A DNA stretch of 59,959 nt, the filler included, from Basidiobolus ranarum (Eukaryota): assembly GCA_040143965.1 (NCBI GenBank). It is 5 parts of 5 records of this genome, joined end to end, with 100 filler letters (N's around TTAATTAATTAA, not from the genome) between each part and the next. Parts side by side here need not be neighbours in the genome. Positions count along the whole stretch, not along the records: positions 1 to 11,951 come from JASJQH010007452.1; positions 12,052 to 23,972 come from JASJQH010007453.1; 3 more parts are not named here. The stretch is one strand, 5' to 3'. This document shows, one piece after another, positions 1-12,620 of this stretch. A model generated the notes under the pieces. The model was not told the DNA's origin. It did not search any database and was given only the letters and a program-made list of their open reading frames with translations. How positions within the stretch are numbered: the stretch's first letter is position 1; every line of letters begins with the position of its first letter. The translations under genes and the position numbers were made by a program.

Positions 1-417
1 AAGTTTGAAAAATCTATATATCTGAGAACTTCTAAGTTGGTAAAAATATTCTAAGTAAATTCCGATTGAGAATAATTGATAATATCTTAGTGAGTTATAA
101 GATAACTAAGCTATATATGACTATATAGGTGTTTAGGCAATGCTAATTTCAACACAGTTGACATTCATAGTTTTGTCAAGATGTAAGTAAACAAACATGT
201 AGAATGTGTTAAAGAAGGTCCCAGGAACATATGTGCATAGTTTAGATTTCTAGCACAAGTTTGAAAAATTCATAAATCCGAGAACTTCTAAGTTGGTGTC
301 AATATTTTGAGTAAATTCAAGTTTAGAATAATGGGTGATATCTGAGTTAAATATTGAATAACTGATTACCAAGCTATATATGACTATATAAGTGTTTATG
401 CTATGCTTATTTCAATA
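1..417 (-). mobile_element. Two nested or abutting fragments (1-154 and 155-417) of the ~350-bp Ty1/copia LTR family
   Basis: Both align by eye with the complete solo LTR at 7579-7926 (e.g. gagaacttctaagttggt, aagctatatatgactatata). The first ends ...tttcaaca at 154, which is the TG start on the minus strand. Confidence 0.85.
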
Positions 418-862
418 TTAGTCAGTGAGAACAATTAATTCCAATGAACTCCCAAACCCTACTCCACTACTAATTATTAGATTTGCTGAGGAAATCATAT
501 TTGATATATTCCTGGTTAACTTTTGATGCTGAGGGCCATCCTATCCGGTAAGGTAACATACTTGAAAGGAACTACATTCAAATAATTTATAGCGCCATTT
601 AACAGTTTCCATTTAATCATGACGTTAATCAAAATGATTTATTTAAAAACATTATATAATGATAAGTTCGTTAACGAATTTTATCATCTACTAAATATTT
701 TCCTTTATATATCAGTTGAATTATTTTTAAACTACTGCTAGACACTTGTCTACGTATATTAAAAATAATAGTAGTTCAGTGTTCAGTGTCGAACATCTTA
801 GCTTTCGATCTTACTTCTAAAGTTTCGCAACGCTGGACCCGTTACAGGAAGAAACGAGCACC

Positions 863-1692
863 ATGGACAGGTTGACCCAGCTACAAGACAGCATAGATCA
901 AGTACGAACAATGCTCTTTCGAATTTCACTCTACTATCACATCACTTACACTGCATCTAGTTAGCGCTCATGTTTGTCAGTAGCGTAGATTACCTACAGG
1001 GAAAATCCGCCATGGTGACATCAAACCCAGAGTTCCCAGTGACAAAATCAAATGGTAACTAGTCTAGTAGTTTTTCTTGATTGTTCTCTCCACAGCCCAC
1101 ACCTTTGAACTAAAATATCTCTACTCTGGATGTTTCAAAATTATTTAGAGCGTGCTGATCCCCCTAATCTATTTAGAAGTAAGTATTATACTTTTTAATA
1201 AGTAGCAACTTCCCACCGAAACTTACGTTTTATGATAAATCTAATGTGTTGGATAATAATAGAGTCTACTAAAGAGTTGGCTACTGATATTTGTAAACAT
1301 GCTAAACAGATTGACACTTTGGTGGAAGCACTTCCAGGGATTAAGCATTCCGAAGCAGATCAGGTATTTTTCAATATTCATGTGTATAAAATTTCCCGTC
1401 ACTTTCTCGAATTTTCACAAGAGAAATTCAGTTAAAAAATGAAAACTTGTCTTTCGAATTGCTCACCCATATTAACAACTCACTTTCACTTAGCTTCGAA
1501 TTTTAGAAGAATTGGATCAAGATAATGCAGTGGTCTGTAAAAAATATGAAGAACAACTTGCCAGATCTAGTAAGTCACTTTTTCTATTTATCAAAGAATT
1601 CAATACTTTTCTAATATAACAAACTAGAATCTTTGTTGAACGAAGTAACAGAGACACTGAGGATCATAACTGATGACCAGAGCCGGTCTTAA
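863..1692 (+). CDS. MED21: Mediator subunit 21 (Srb7), six exons
   Basis: Spliced translation MDRLTQLQDSIDQ-LALMFVSSVDYL...STKELATDICKHAKQIDTLVEALPG...LRILEELDQDN...DDQSRS*. The DRLTQLQ and KQID.L...LPG motifs are typical of Med21. Introns are GT-AG. Confidence 0.9.
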
Positions 1693-2369
1693 CTTTTGTA
1701 TGATAATTTCTTTTATCTTTGTTTTATTGTTATAGAAAAATTCAATAGTAAGGCTGAAGTTGACGATTATTATCTCTTATCTCTTAATAAAGTCCAGTTT
1801 TACTTGGCTCAATGGGAGTTATGTAGGTAAAATGATGATAATACATTATCCACATGAGAAGGTGCACCACAGTGGATGCATGTATGTGCAAATAGGCAGC
1901 ATTACTACGGCCCATCACTGGGTTGGTGACTAAACATTCAGTGGTAGTTAAAGTGAATACCTATGATTGGTACCATGATCTGATTTACTCTCGTATGCAA
2001 AAGTGAGGTCAGATGTCGTCCACAAACAAGTGTCATTGGCAGCTTGGAATCCCGTAGCCCACTTACCCTTATTACATAATTCATCTATAGCGCCCTTACA
2101 CCCTCATGGCCTCAGTATCTAGCATGCAATCCAGTTAAAAATCCAGATTTCTCTTGACTGCTCTTAACTAAACCCATATATTTTTAAAACTCGACCATCT
2201 TGGCACTTTAACAGTCATACATCAGTTCTTTCTTAATTAGTCTTATTTGCGTATTATTCCCACTGTTGAAAATTCCCTCCCAGAAGTTGAGACTGGTCTG
2301 CGGAAAATATAGTTACTGTAGTATATTGGCTCACTTATTTCCTTCTTCAACTCTACAAAGGGAGATTCG

Positions 2370-3462
2370 ATGGGTCTAATTTACATTATAACAAAAGCTG
2401 TGTGGTAATAAACAACAATAGCTTTCCCCTGAAGTCACACTAAACCTCTCTATTACATGTTCTTAGCACTATCAGTGGTTTACTTTACCCAGCATATGCG
2501 TCATATAAAGCTTTGGAGGAGCGCCGATCGGAAGAACTTCTTACTTGGCTTATGTTTTGGATAGTGATGGGGATCTTCACTGCGGTGGAATTTGTAGCGG
2601 ATGTTATAATATTCTGGTAGGAAAATGGAAACTATTAATATATTCAAGAAAGGTTTATATGACGTGTTTATGGCTGGTTTCAGAGCTTACTTAGTGTTCC
2701 GGTTGAGTTTTTTTAATGGTATTAACTAGTGCTTTTCATACTGGTTTTAAGGTTTCCTTTCTATTATCAACTCAAGATGGGATTCATTCTATGGCTCATT
2801 TTACCACAAACTAAGGTAACACCTATCTTTTCAATTCTACTCTATATTTGTACGGGATAAGGTTGCTAAAGAAAACATCGATTGGGAAACACTTCTGTAC
2901 TTCTCTAGGGTTCCACTTATTTGTATAAAACCTTCATTCACCCGACGTTAATTCGTCACGAGACTGAGATTGACCAGATGTTAGAAAAGGTTCAAACAGA
3001 AGTGAAAAAGACTTCGGTTGAAATGGGAAAACGAAGCGTTGAAGTATTACAAAAAGCCGCTATAGAATCTTTGACCAAGGTAATTGAGATAGTGATGATA
3101 GGAAGAATCATTGATCTTCCCCCCTCAATAATCATGGTTGACAGCTGACATCCATTTAGGGACAATTTTTGTTGATGGATCGCTTGGCACAACAAAATCA
3201 ACCTACAGATGTATCCACCTCAGCGCACTTGGAGGAGATTAGCAACGATGAACAGGATCCAAGAACAAATATAGCAGCCAGTGAGGAAACAGTCCAACGA
3301 AAAGTCCAAACTCGGGTTCGCCATAGAAATACCAATAACAATAACGATATTGTGGTTGTTGATGAGAATCTGTCGTATTCTGACCGAGATGTTGACGACT
3401 TGATGGGATTTGACTCGGATTCCGATGCATCTTCAACTCAGAAAAAATCGGAGGTTTTATGA
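2370..3462 (+). CDS. TB2/DP1/HVA22 family ER-shaping protein (REEP1-4/Yop1-like)
   Basis: Spliced translation MGLIYIITKAVCTISGLLYPAYASYKAL...WLMFWIVMGIF...[34 protein letters not shown], followed by an acidic low-complexity tail. Confidence 0.88.
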
Positions 3463-4383
3463 ATACCAGGAAATTCCCATTAACAGCAGTCAGCAGTTCA
3501 TTTACCTTTTTTAAACTAATCTAACCATTCCACATTGCCAGAAATAAACCACTCCCCTTATTGTTTCAACTAGCAAAGTTGTTTCTGATAGAGGCAGGAT
3601 TTAATGTGTGTAATAGGATATATATACATGTGAAGGTGGAATAAATGCATGTAATAGTGGAATTTATGCATGCATTTACCAATTGTCTATCAATAGAATC
3701 ATCATTGACACTTATGTTCCCTCTCCCCCACTAATGGTATTCAAGCTGACCAGTTGTAAACTTTAACTCAAATAGTGTAGAGAGTAGCGCCTATGATGGT
3801 ACGTGGAATACATCTCCACTTTCTATGCAAAAGTTCCATCACCGGAATCAGAGTCGGCCAGTCATAGTAGGCTCTTCATCGCACGGAATTCACGGAATTC
3901 TTGGCATCCATATGGAAGTATTTCTGCAAATACAAGAAACATTACATACCAATATGGTGTAACACCAACAAAACAAACACGTTTTATTCAGCAATTAATT
4001 CTGACTGGTGTAAATGGTCCCACCTTCCAAGTTGGTTAATTGCCTTCCAATCTGGGGTCCGAAGAAGTCGGGTGAAAGAATGGCTAGGATTGGCTGCTTG
4101 GCAAGAGTTTCTAGATCAGTTGGTTTTCTCTCCAAGGCCAATCCCCGTAGTCAAACAGTACTACTTTTCTGTCAAGATATGGGTTTCTGAATAATAACTA
4201 ATGATTGGTAAGAAGAAAATTTGGATTGGCTCTCATTTTAGATCAATAAGTGATTTGTGGATTAGATAAATTTAGATTGACCTTGTCGGGAACTACCCAG
4301 GCAATATAAGGCTGTTGATATCTCAAATGGGGCGAGAATATTCATTTTTCCTTCTGTTCCTCATTCACAGTTTGGGTTAGAAG

Positions 4384-6666
4384 ATGGCGTCTATAGTAAA
4401 GCGACGCCTTCGTAGTTGGTATCATGCACTCTTTGCATCCGCTAAAACCCCTCAAGAATATATCCCTTTGGATAACAACAACCTCGACGAGGATTCATAT
4501 AGAGAGACAAACAATAGGTAAGTTAGTTCAATAACTTTCATTACGTAACCTAACCTCGACCATTAACACCGTTATGCGTTCAGAACGACTCCAGCCTTCA
4601 AACCCACAAATCCTCGATGGAAAAAATACCAATCGCCAGCTGCTCGGTTCATTTACTTGATTATAACTATCTCTCTTTTCCATCTATTTTACAATGGTTC
4701 TCTAGAAGGTGGAGATATTGAGTGGGTTCGCTCACACTTGGGAAAGCTTGGTGGCTATCTGGTAGCTTCGGTTGTGGCCTTTACTGTTGCATTATGGATG
4801 ATTTTACAAGGATTTACCTTCCTCAAGGCTCGAGTGAAGGCTTTGCTAGTTTGCTTTTTATTTATGAACTTCTTAATTTATTACTGGATTGCACCAGGAC
4901 AACTATTTGATGAACATGGTGCCTACAATTTCTTAATCTTCCTGGTAATCGCCATCCCAGCCAACGTCGTTATCGGCTTTTTGTTCGGTTGTTTCCGATT
5001 CCTTAAAGCGAAAAGATTCTTCCAAACACTTGTTGGATGCTTAGCTTTATTCTCGATCATTGTCGTACTAAGACTGTATCATTTCCATAGAATCTGGAGT
5101 CATGGATTCTTTGGTTTGAAAACTTTGAACTCGAAGACCACCACCCCAATTAACTTGAATGGTGTTTGCGAATGGAGAGATTCGATCCCTTGGGTGGATT
5201 TACTTCCCGATCGTACCCAAAACTTCTGGACTGGCTCTATGGATTGTTCTGAATCACCTATAACCAAGGGGTTCACAGCAGATATCGATGGAGACGGAGT
5301 TTTGAACATCGAATGTCCAGACACTTCGCTCAAAACCTTCTTCTCTATTTTACCTGACACCCGCTCCTTCCCCACCGAAGATAAAACCGAGAAAACCTTC
5401 CATTTAATGGTGTTGGAGAAGATGGAGAATGTCACATATACTCGAGGTAAACCCGTCAAAACCGACCATGGAGAAGCATTTATAGCTAGATGTGGTGAAG
5501 ATCAGAAGTTGTTGACTTTCGTTCGTAAGCCAGCTGCCCAGAAACCCGAGATCCCTAATACAGAGAACAAGTTGAACGTCATGGTCTTATTTTTAGATGC
5601 GGTTTCTCGTCGCCAGTTCCATCGTAAGCTCCCACGCACCTCCAAGGCCTTTGAAGCCATTTCCAATCCACCAGAACATCCAAATGACCAAAAGGATTTG
5701 GTATTATACGAATTCTTTCGTTCCCATGCGGTTGGTTTCAACACCAATCGAAATACTCGTGCTATGTATATGGGTATTACCGATGATGATGTGTTCGGAA
5801 GTACAGCAATCTGGGATGCCTATCACCGACATGGATACTTGACTGGTCGTGCGGATGATCTTTGTGTCGATTGGGAACAGGATTACAATCATAAGTCTAC
5901 TGGAGATGTGGATCACGAGATGATCTCTCCTTTCTGCTTGCCCGACTACTACCCATTGTATGGACATCCATTTGGCAACTTTAAAGGTCCCTACTCGATT
6001 GTCAAGAGATGCACCGCTGGTCGTGCCGTTCACGAATACATGTTTGAATGGATGGAGAAATTCCTCCACACTTATTCCAAAGATACCGTTCACCACAAGA
6101 TACCCGAAAAGTCAGGAGACAAGTTCTTCCTCTTAGGATCGTTTATTGATGGACACGAAGGGACTGGTGATGTGTTGCCTGTCATGGATAACTCATTTAG
6201 CGACTTTATGCTCAATTTGACTCCAGAGGTTCGTAATTCCACTGCCATCTTCTTGGTTGCCGACCATGGGCTTCATATGGGATTGAATTTTGCATTCACC
6301 TCTAATGGTCAAGTGGAGAATGCTGCCCCAATGCTCACCGCTATGTTACCCAAATGGTGGGTAAATAAATACCCCGCCGCTGCGGCTCATCTTGAACAGA
6401 ATCGACAAAAGATGGTCACTCCCTTCGATCTCTTCTCCACATTCAATCACTTGATGTATTGGGAGGAAGATACCAAACAGGACGGAGGTCACTATATTGG
6501 CCAAGACAGGATACCAGAGCAAGTGCTTCAAAACTGGGCAGAGAAAGGACAATTCAAAAGTGTGTGGTGGGGTGGAGACTCATTGTTCACTCCAATTAGA
6601 ACTAACCGTCGATGTGAAGAGGTTGGAGTTCCCGCTGACATGTGCAAATGCTTTCCAACTCAATAA
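4384..6666 (+). CDS. Multi-pass membrane protein with a DUF229 / alkaline-phosphatase-sulfatase superfamily domain
   Basis: ATG at 4384. Intron 4518-4583 joins in frame to ORF 4657-6666. N-terminal hydrophobic helices precede LNVMVLFLDAVSRRQFHRKLPRT, HEG, FLVADHG, VTPFDLFST and a C-terminal R.C...GVP...C.C, all typical of DUF229. Confidence 0.75.
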
Positions 6667-7578
6667 GTCGGAGTAACGACCCCCCCTTCCCCCTGTATAT
6701 AATTTATTATCAGTTCACTCTACAATAATTCACCCATAGACCATCGTTTCAAACCATTAAATCGTTATGCGTCAATGCCCATGGTGCAACGTTAGAATTA
6801 TAAATCTATAAATTTCAATTAGAGAACAGCTTTGGGTAATATTTATTGAGGCTTGGCTTCACACAGCCATAACAATACAAAGCCAATGTAAACATAGGTT
6901 TTCCTTATACGGTACTAAAGTCTGTGCAATTTATTAAAGATAATTTCTGTATCTCAAATCTTTGTATGATCTCAAGAATTTCTTTAAAGTTCAAAATTAC
7001 TCATGATACAAGTTACATCGATCTGCTAAGCTGAAGCCTATTGTATACAAAGAGTTGGCCCACAACAGCTACTCATTGGTATAACAGCTGAATCTCTATA
7101 TACAATGAGAGCTGTTACACACATCCTTGAACGTGAATCTGGAAGCAAGCAAAGAACTTCATTTTTCCATGTATATCCAATATCTTAGTATTAGCGACAT
7201 GAGTTCCAAATTCTTTACTTCACTGATATTCTGCATACAGTGATTTGTTACTTTGTATCCTTGAGGATAAATAATATATTACATGGTATTAAATAACCAT
7301 TACTGCTCTTCACAACAATTCTCAGTTATAGATCTGCATCCGACATCTCAATCAGTATGGATAGAAACTATGCTTTCCAAATTTTACGAGTTAAGCAGTA
7401 GCACTCTTAAAGAAAATCCTCATACTTTCGGAGTATTCAAAGTTGCAATAAATTTAGTCCAACTCAGCCTATTATTTGCAGCTCATCCCCAAGTTATTAA
7501 GAGGAGATATACTTGTAACTATTTTTTCAGTCATATGAATAGATTGCAGTGACTGAAGTGCTTGATAATGGTAAATTC

Positions 7579-7926
7579 TATTAAAGTATTTGGGAGCCTG
7601 TTGGAAGTGGTTTGGAGAATTAGAGGAATTGGTGGTTTTCACTTATTGATTTATTGAGTAGAAAGTTGATATTTATAGTTTTGTCAAGATGTAAGCAAAC
7701 TAGCATAGAGAATGTGTTAAAGAAGGTCCCAGGAACATGTATGCAAGGTTTGGGGCTTCTAGCACAAGTTTGAAAAATCTCTATATCTGAGAACTTCTAA
7801 GTTGGTAACACTATTTTAAGTAAATTCCTTATGAGAATAATGGGTAATATCTTGGTGAAATATAAGATAACTAAATACTAAGCTATATATGACTATATAA
7901 GTGTTTAGGCAATGCTAATCTCAACA
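7579..7926 (-). mobile_element. Solo Ty1/copia LTR, 348 bp, with 5-bp target-site duplication AATTC
   Basis: The minus strand starts TGTTGAG and ends CTTTAATA (CA decayed to TA). AATTC flanks both sides (7574-7578 and 7927-7931). The same family at 33423-33769 lies next to a PPT and RNase H. Confidence 0.9.
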
Positions 7927-7999
7927 AATTCTACTTTGAAATCTACTTTAAACTATCCATGACTTATAAATTGTATAGCTTTCAATGTTAATCTAGGAG

Positions 8000-8332
8000 A
8001 TATGAGTGTTTTAGTAGTTGTTGGGGGTGATTTGGAAAACTATAATTGGTGGTTTTTGCTTAATGATTTAATGGGCTTAGGTTGACATTTATACTTTTGT
8101 CAATAAGTATACAAACCAACATGTCAATGTGTTCAGGAAGGTCCCAAGAAACTTTGTTCTGCGTATTTGGGAGTTTAAGATAAGTTTGAGAATATCACAT
8201 ACTCTTCTGATTTGCAAGTTGGTCTCAATTTTCCAAGTAAGTTGCTCACGAAGATATGGAATGATAGCATAGTGAAATTTAGGTAGCTAACTATGTGACT
8301 ATATAGATGATTAAGCTATATCTTTTTCAACA
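8000..8332 (-). mobile_element. Older, diverged solo LTR of the same family (left boundary approximate)
   Basis: Shares aattggtggttttt, gttgacatttata, gaaggtccc, aagtttga and gactatata with 7579-7926 and ends ...tttcaaca. Confidence 0.7.
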
Positions 8333-11149
8333 ATAGTCACCTTAAAAGTATTCCCTATAGAGTCAAATATCTAATATCTATCCAATGGTTATACATAAAG
8401 CTCTTTCATTTAAAATAAGTATTAAGAATTGAAATTGTTGTGAACTTCTTTATGGGATATCCATTCAACAACCAAAAATTAAGTATGTATACATGCAATT
8501 GGTAATACAGATACCAAATATTGCGGTAATAGCTGTTGTGAGTACTTAAGATAGTGTTGTAAATAATAAAAAGAAACGGGTGTATTCTGCTTCTAATTGT
8601 TTGTACTTGAAAATGAAGAAAAACAATGTAAATCTTTTGGTCGGGTACTGAACGTATTGAAATTTCATCTTTTGACAATAAATCCCAAATATATTGGTGT
8701 TCTATTTTACACCTTAGATCCTGATATAATGTAATCTATATCTTTCGTATTGAGTCCATATCCGGCCAAAAGATTGGTTAACTTCGGGACATCTACCCTA
8801 ATGATTTCTAGATCTAGAGATTGTTTTTGCTGAGAATCCCTAGAGCACCCATAACTCGTTTCAATAATATCAATATAAGCATTCTTGAATATTGTCTAAC
8901 TGATCGGACAGGTAGATGGTGACAATGTTCTAATCTAAATACTTTATTCCTCATCTCCTTAACGATAATAAAGGCTTTGTGGGGGTTATTCTTTTGGAGT
9001 AAGGTATCAGAAGTAGGGCTACTAATGGAAAAGATACAAACAAAACTAGACTGTCACTAGGACTAGAAAATATAATGTAATTTTTATAGCATTTTACAAA
9101 CAGAATATCGGGATGACAGATATAACAACTCTGAGAAATTTTGAATTCAATATTCTGAAAGTAAACATGACAGATATTAAGCATGATATATGAGTATTTA
9201 GGTGTGTCACACTTGCCCACCAACATTACAACAGTGCTCGGAATATATGTGAGGGACAAGTGAGTATATTTGAAGTAAGTTGAAAATACATAACACTACC
9301 AAGAAATGAATGAGTTTTATAATTGACAAGTTGGTGCAAAAGCTTACGAAGTATTGGATACGTGTGAATGTGTCATCGTTACACAACAATTATATATATC
9401 ATGAGTGGATGGAATGATTTCGATCGAAGGAACATTCAATTAATAGTCATCAAATACTCCAAGCGTGAGATAAATGAGAAAGTAATTCCAACATTTCCGT
9501 AATTATTGCTCTCCATCGTCAAGATTATATATCTTCAGCCTTGCGAGAATATAAAGTTCTCATCCTGCTTCCACAGGCTCTAGAAAACTCTGATGATCCA
9601 TGCTTGGAAAGAGCAGTAACTGTAGTAGAGTGTACCCAGATATCTAGTGAGCTTGGAGCTCAGCACTAACCAGGGATATTTTAAAGGATTATTTATAGGA
9701 AGAATGTGACATTTCAATTCTAAAATTCCTTGGTATTCTAACTAATTATTGATAAATACCAATGTTGAAGCACTTCAATGAAATATAACTCAACGTACAA
9801 TTGCTGCAGTATAGGAATAAGAGAAATAACGCCAGACAGCGTATTAAGGAAGTTGAAGAGAATTCTCGGCACATGTCGAGCAAATCACTCCATTAAACCA
9901 AATTGGCACATCTATTTTAAATAAAACTCGGAAAGAAAAAACCCCATTTTATCCAAACTGTCGAAATATTTTCACACCTTCTTTAGCATGATATATGGCG
10001 GATTGAGCTGATCTAGATCAACACCATTGGAGTGAAAACCATGGAATACTATGAGAATATATAATAATATCAATATATTTGATCGAAGGTATATTCAACA
10101 GAACCACTCTTCATATATCTTTGGCTAATTCTTAATTATTGTTTGTCTTCGTCTAAAATGTGTGCCAGACCTTAGTACAGAATCAGGATGATATCAAGGG
10201 AATAGGATTAGTTGTAAAGAGGCATAACTGTTCGGGTAAGAAGGGCGATGATTGGTGAGATGAAAGCATCAAGCGACAACTCTGATTTGATGAAACTAAT
10301 TAACTAATTCGATAATTAAAATAAATAACTAAACAGGCAACAAGGACTATGTATAGTAAAAAGCATAAATGCCGTGAACAGCACAAAAATGGCGATGTGG
10401 AGATAACTTTACTTGGTTGTGGCGGTAAAGAGATGCTCTATCTTAGCAATTTCGAATGTATATGGAAGAGACCGGGTAGAAGAGCATGTATAGTGGCTTA
10501 GACATGCTTGAACCCACCGGGCCTTAATCGCCACAAACGAATGAGATCCACTATTTGATCGGTCTTTAACTTCATGATATATATGCTATATACGCAATAG
10601 ATGGGTTAGTGAGCGATTAACAGTGGCAATGCCGTAGTCATGCGAAACGATGCGTAACAATGAACAATGGCTACACTAGTCTTCACATAAGAATGTAGGA
10701 ATTTGACAGATGCATATTAATCACTGTATAAGACTGTCTCACCTAATTCCTTTATGCTACGATCATCACACCTTAGAGGCCTAGGAAGGTCTCTAACCAA
10801 TAAGAAAAGGACCAAAATTTTATTTGATTTAAAGTTTTTTCACAAGCTCATGTTTGTGAACATTAAGACGATTTAACCGGCAACTCAGTAGCACAAATAC
10901 TCAATTATTGTTCTTTGAAGAAAACCACTCCTGAATCTTGCAACATGAACTAGAATTGATTGGACGGCTTAAATTCAACTATTTCCACATCGCCACTCTT
11001 CAATCAGGAGAGTACAGTAGTAACCTTCAGCCTGACCCCAACTCTAGCTCTACGATACAATGTTTACAATCTAGACTTGCTCGCATTCCGACAAATATCC
11101 TCCTAAATTGAGGGTTGCATCGAATATATCGATCATAGCCTATCTCTTA

Positions 11150-11951
11150 CCTAACAGAAATTTGAGGATTGTTATTGTAGGAAAACCATCACAATTTTTA
11201 TCCATTTGGGATTGACCATTTACTTACCATAATAAAATTGTCAAGTTGGACTTGATTTTAATCAATTTTTTTGAGTTTCAGGAGTGAAATTTCAACATCT
11301 TGCAAAATAGTTGCACATGATTGGCTAAAATCTCAGAGAACTATGGATCAACATATGTGCAAAAAACGTAACTCAAATTTTACACAATTACCACTCAAAC
11401 ACTAATTTGTCAGCTTCAAAATCCCTAGTCTCTTTGATATATTCTCCTGAATATTTTTATAGAGCTCTTCATACCCAAGGTTTGGCTCATACCCAACACA
11501 AGTTTGTGTCAATATCTCCATCAAAGCATACCATTGTATTAACATTGCTGAATTAACATTCTTCCAGCTATCTGGTGGATACCCTGCAATATTTTGCCAC
11601 TCTATGTTAAGTTCTTCCCAGATATCTGCACAGTCAACACCAGACTGAATGTCACATTGAATGTTCTTCTGAAGCCACTTTCTGCATACTTCCACTGTGT
11701 TTTTCCCTTCAAACTTTTGAAAATACTCCTCAAGCACTTTGACTATTTTTGTACATCCTTGTAGTGTGACACTGCTGAGGGTGCTTTGTGGTATTTGTGT
11801 GGCTTTTTGCTTGCCTTTACCTTTGGGACTAATTTCAACACTTTGAAAAGTACTAGTTGAGGTTGGAGAGCCATGAGTTTTATTTGCTGGTGTTTTGGCT
11901 TGTTGAGAGATGCCAGGTGATGGATAAACTTCCAAATTTAGCACTCTTCCA
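11150..11951. mobile_element. Probable DNA-transposon end (terminus CCTAACAGAAAT) running off the contig
   Basis: Terminus and downstream AACCATCACAAT are shared with 35058-35140. The segment is almost free of CpG, like the other TEs. Confidence 0.5.
11402..11944 (-). CDS. Uncharacterised ORF, probably the 3' end of a transposon-borne gene truncated by the contig end
   Basis: 180-aa open frame with a P/S/T/K-rich linker then a Trp-containing helical segment. No CpG seen across ~550 bp. No family recognised. Confidence 0.4.
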   Translation of the reverse strand: MLNLEVYPSPGISQQAKTPANKTHGSPTSTSTFQSVEISPKGKGKQKATQIPQSTLSSVTLQGCTKIVKVLEEYFQKFEGKNTVEVCRKWLQKNIQCDIQSGVDCADIWEELNIEWQNIAGYPPDSWKNVNSAMLIQWYALMEILTQTCVGYEPNLGYEELYKNIQENISKRLGILKLTN

Positions 11952-12051
11952 NNNNNNNNNNNNNNNNNNNNNNNNNNNNNNNNNNNNNNNNNNNNTTAAT
12001 TAATTAANNNNNNNNNNNNNNNNNNNNNNNNNNNNNNNNNNNNNNNNNNNN
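11952..12051. other. Artificial contig linker
   Basis: N44-TTAATTAATTAA-N44, giving stops in all six frames. Confidence 0.99.
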
Positions 12052-12298
<247 letters not shown>

Positions 12299-12620
12299 AT
12301 TGGTGGTTACGTTATTGGCATCTTCTACTTCAGTATATTATTCATTGATATGGATACATTTGCCTAATTCCCACTCCCCTTGTCTTATTTCGAGGTATTG
12401 GTCTCTGCTTGCTTGTAACAAATAAACGGTTCTTTCTTTCTAAACACAGTAGATTAACTATTGTTCCCAATGGTTTATTCAGGAGAGTTGAAGCTCAACC
12501 ACTGAAATAATATGAGTAGAACACAGTGATACTCACCCTTCAATTTATACAGAACATTGGTTATGGTATAATAAACATGGAATTACTATGTGCAACATGA
12601 AAAACTAATATATATTGAGG

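Noticed and set aside
3781..3900. Possible structured RNA (TGATGG/CCATCA and GTGGA/TCCAC stems; C/D-box-like words on the minus strand) and ORFs 3803-4039 and 3901-4194
   Set aside because: Stems are short and mutually competing, there is no convincing rRNA guide or Rfam-like motif, and the ORFs lack recognisable features.
6830..11100. Hidden genes or a LINE in the AT-rich tract; hairpin ttagaggcct-agga-aggtctctaa at 10773-10796 as a Helitron end
   Set aside because: No recognisable protein motif in the frames I read, and the hairpin is not followed by the CTRR terminus.
11952..12051. TTAATTAATTAA palindrome within Ns, recurring about every 12 kb
   Set aside because: Artificial six-frame-stop linker. 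ORFs containing X runs or ending LIN are artefacts.
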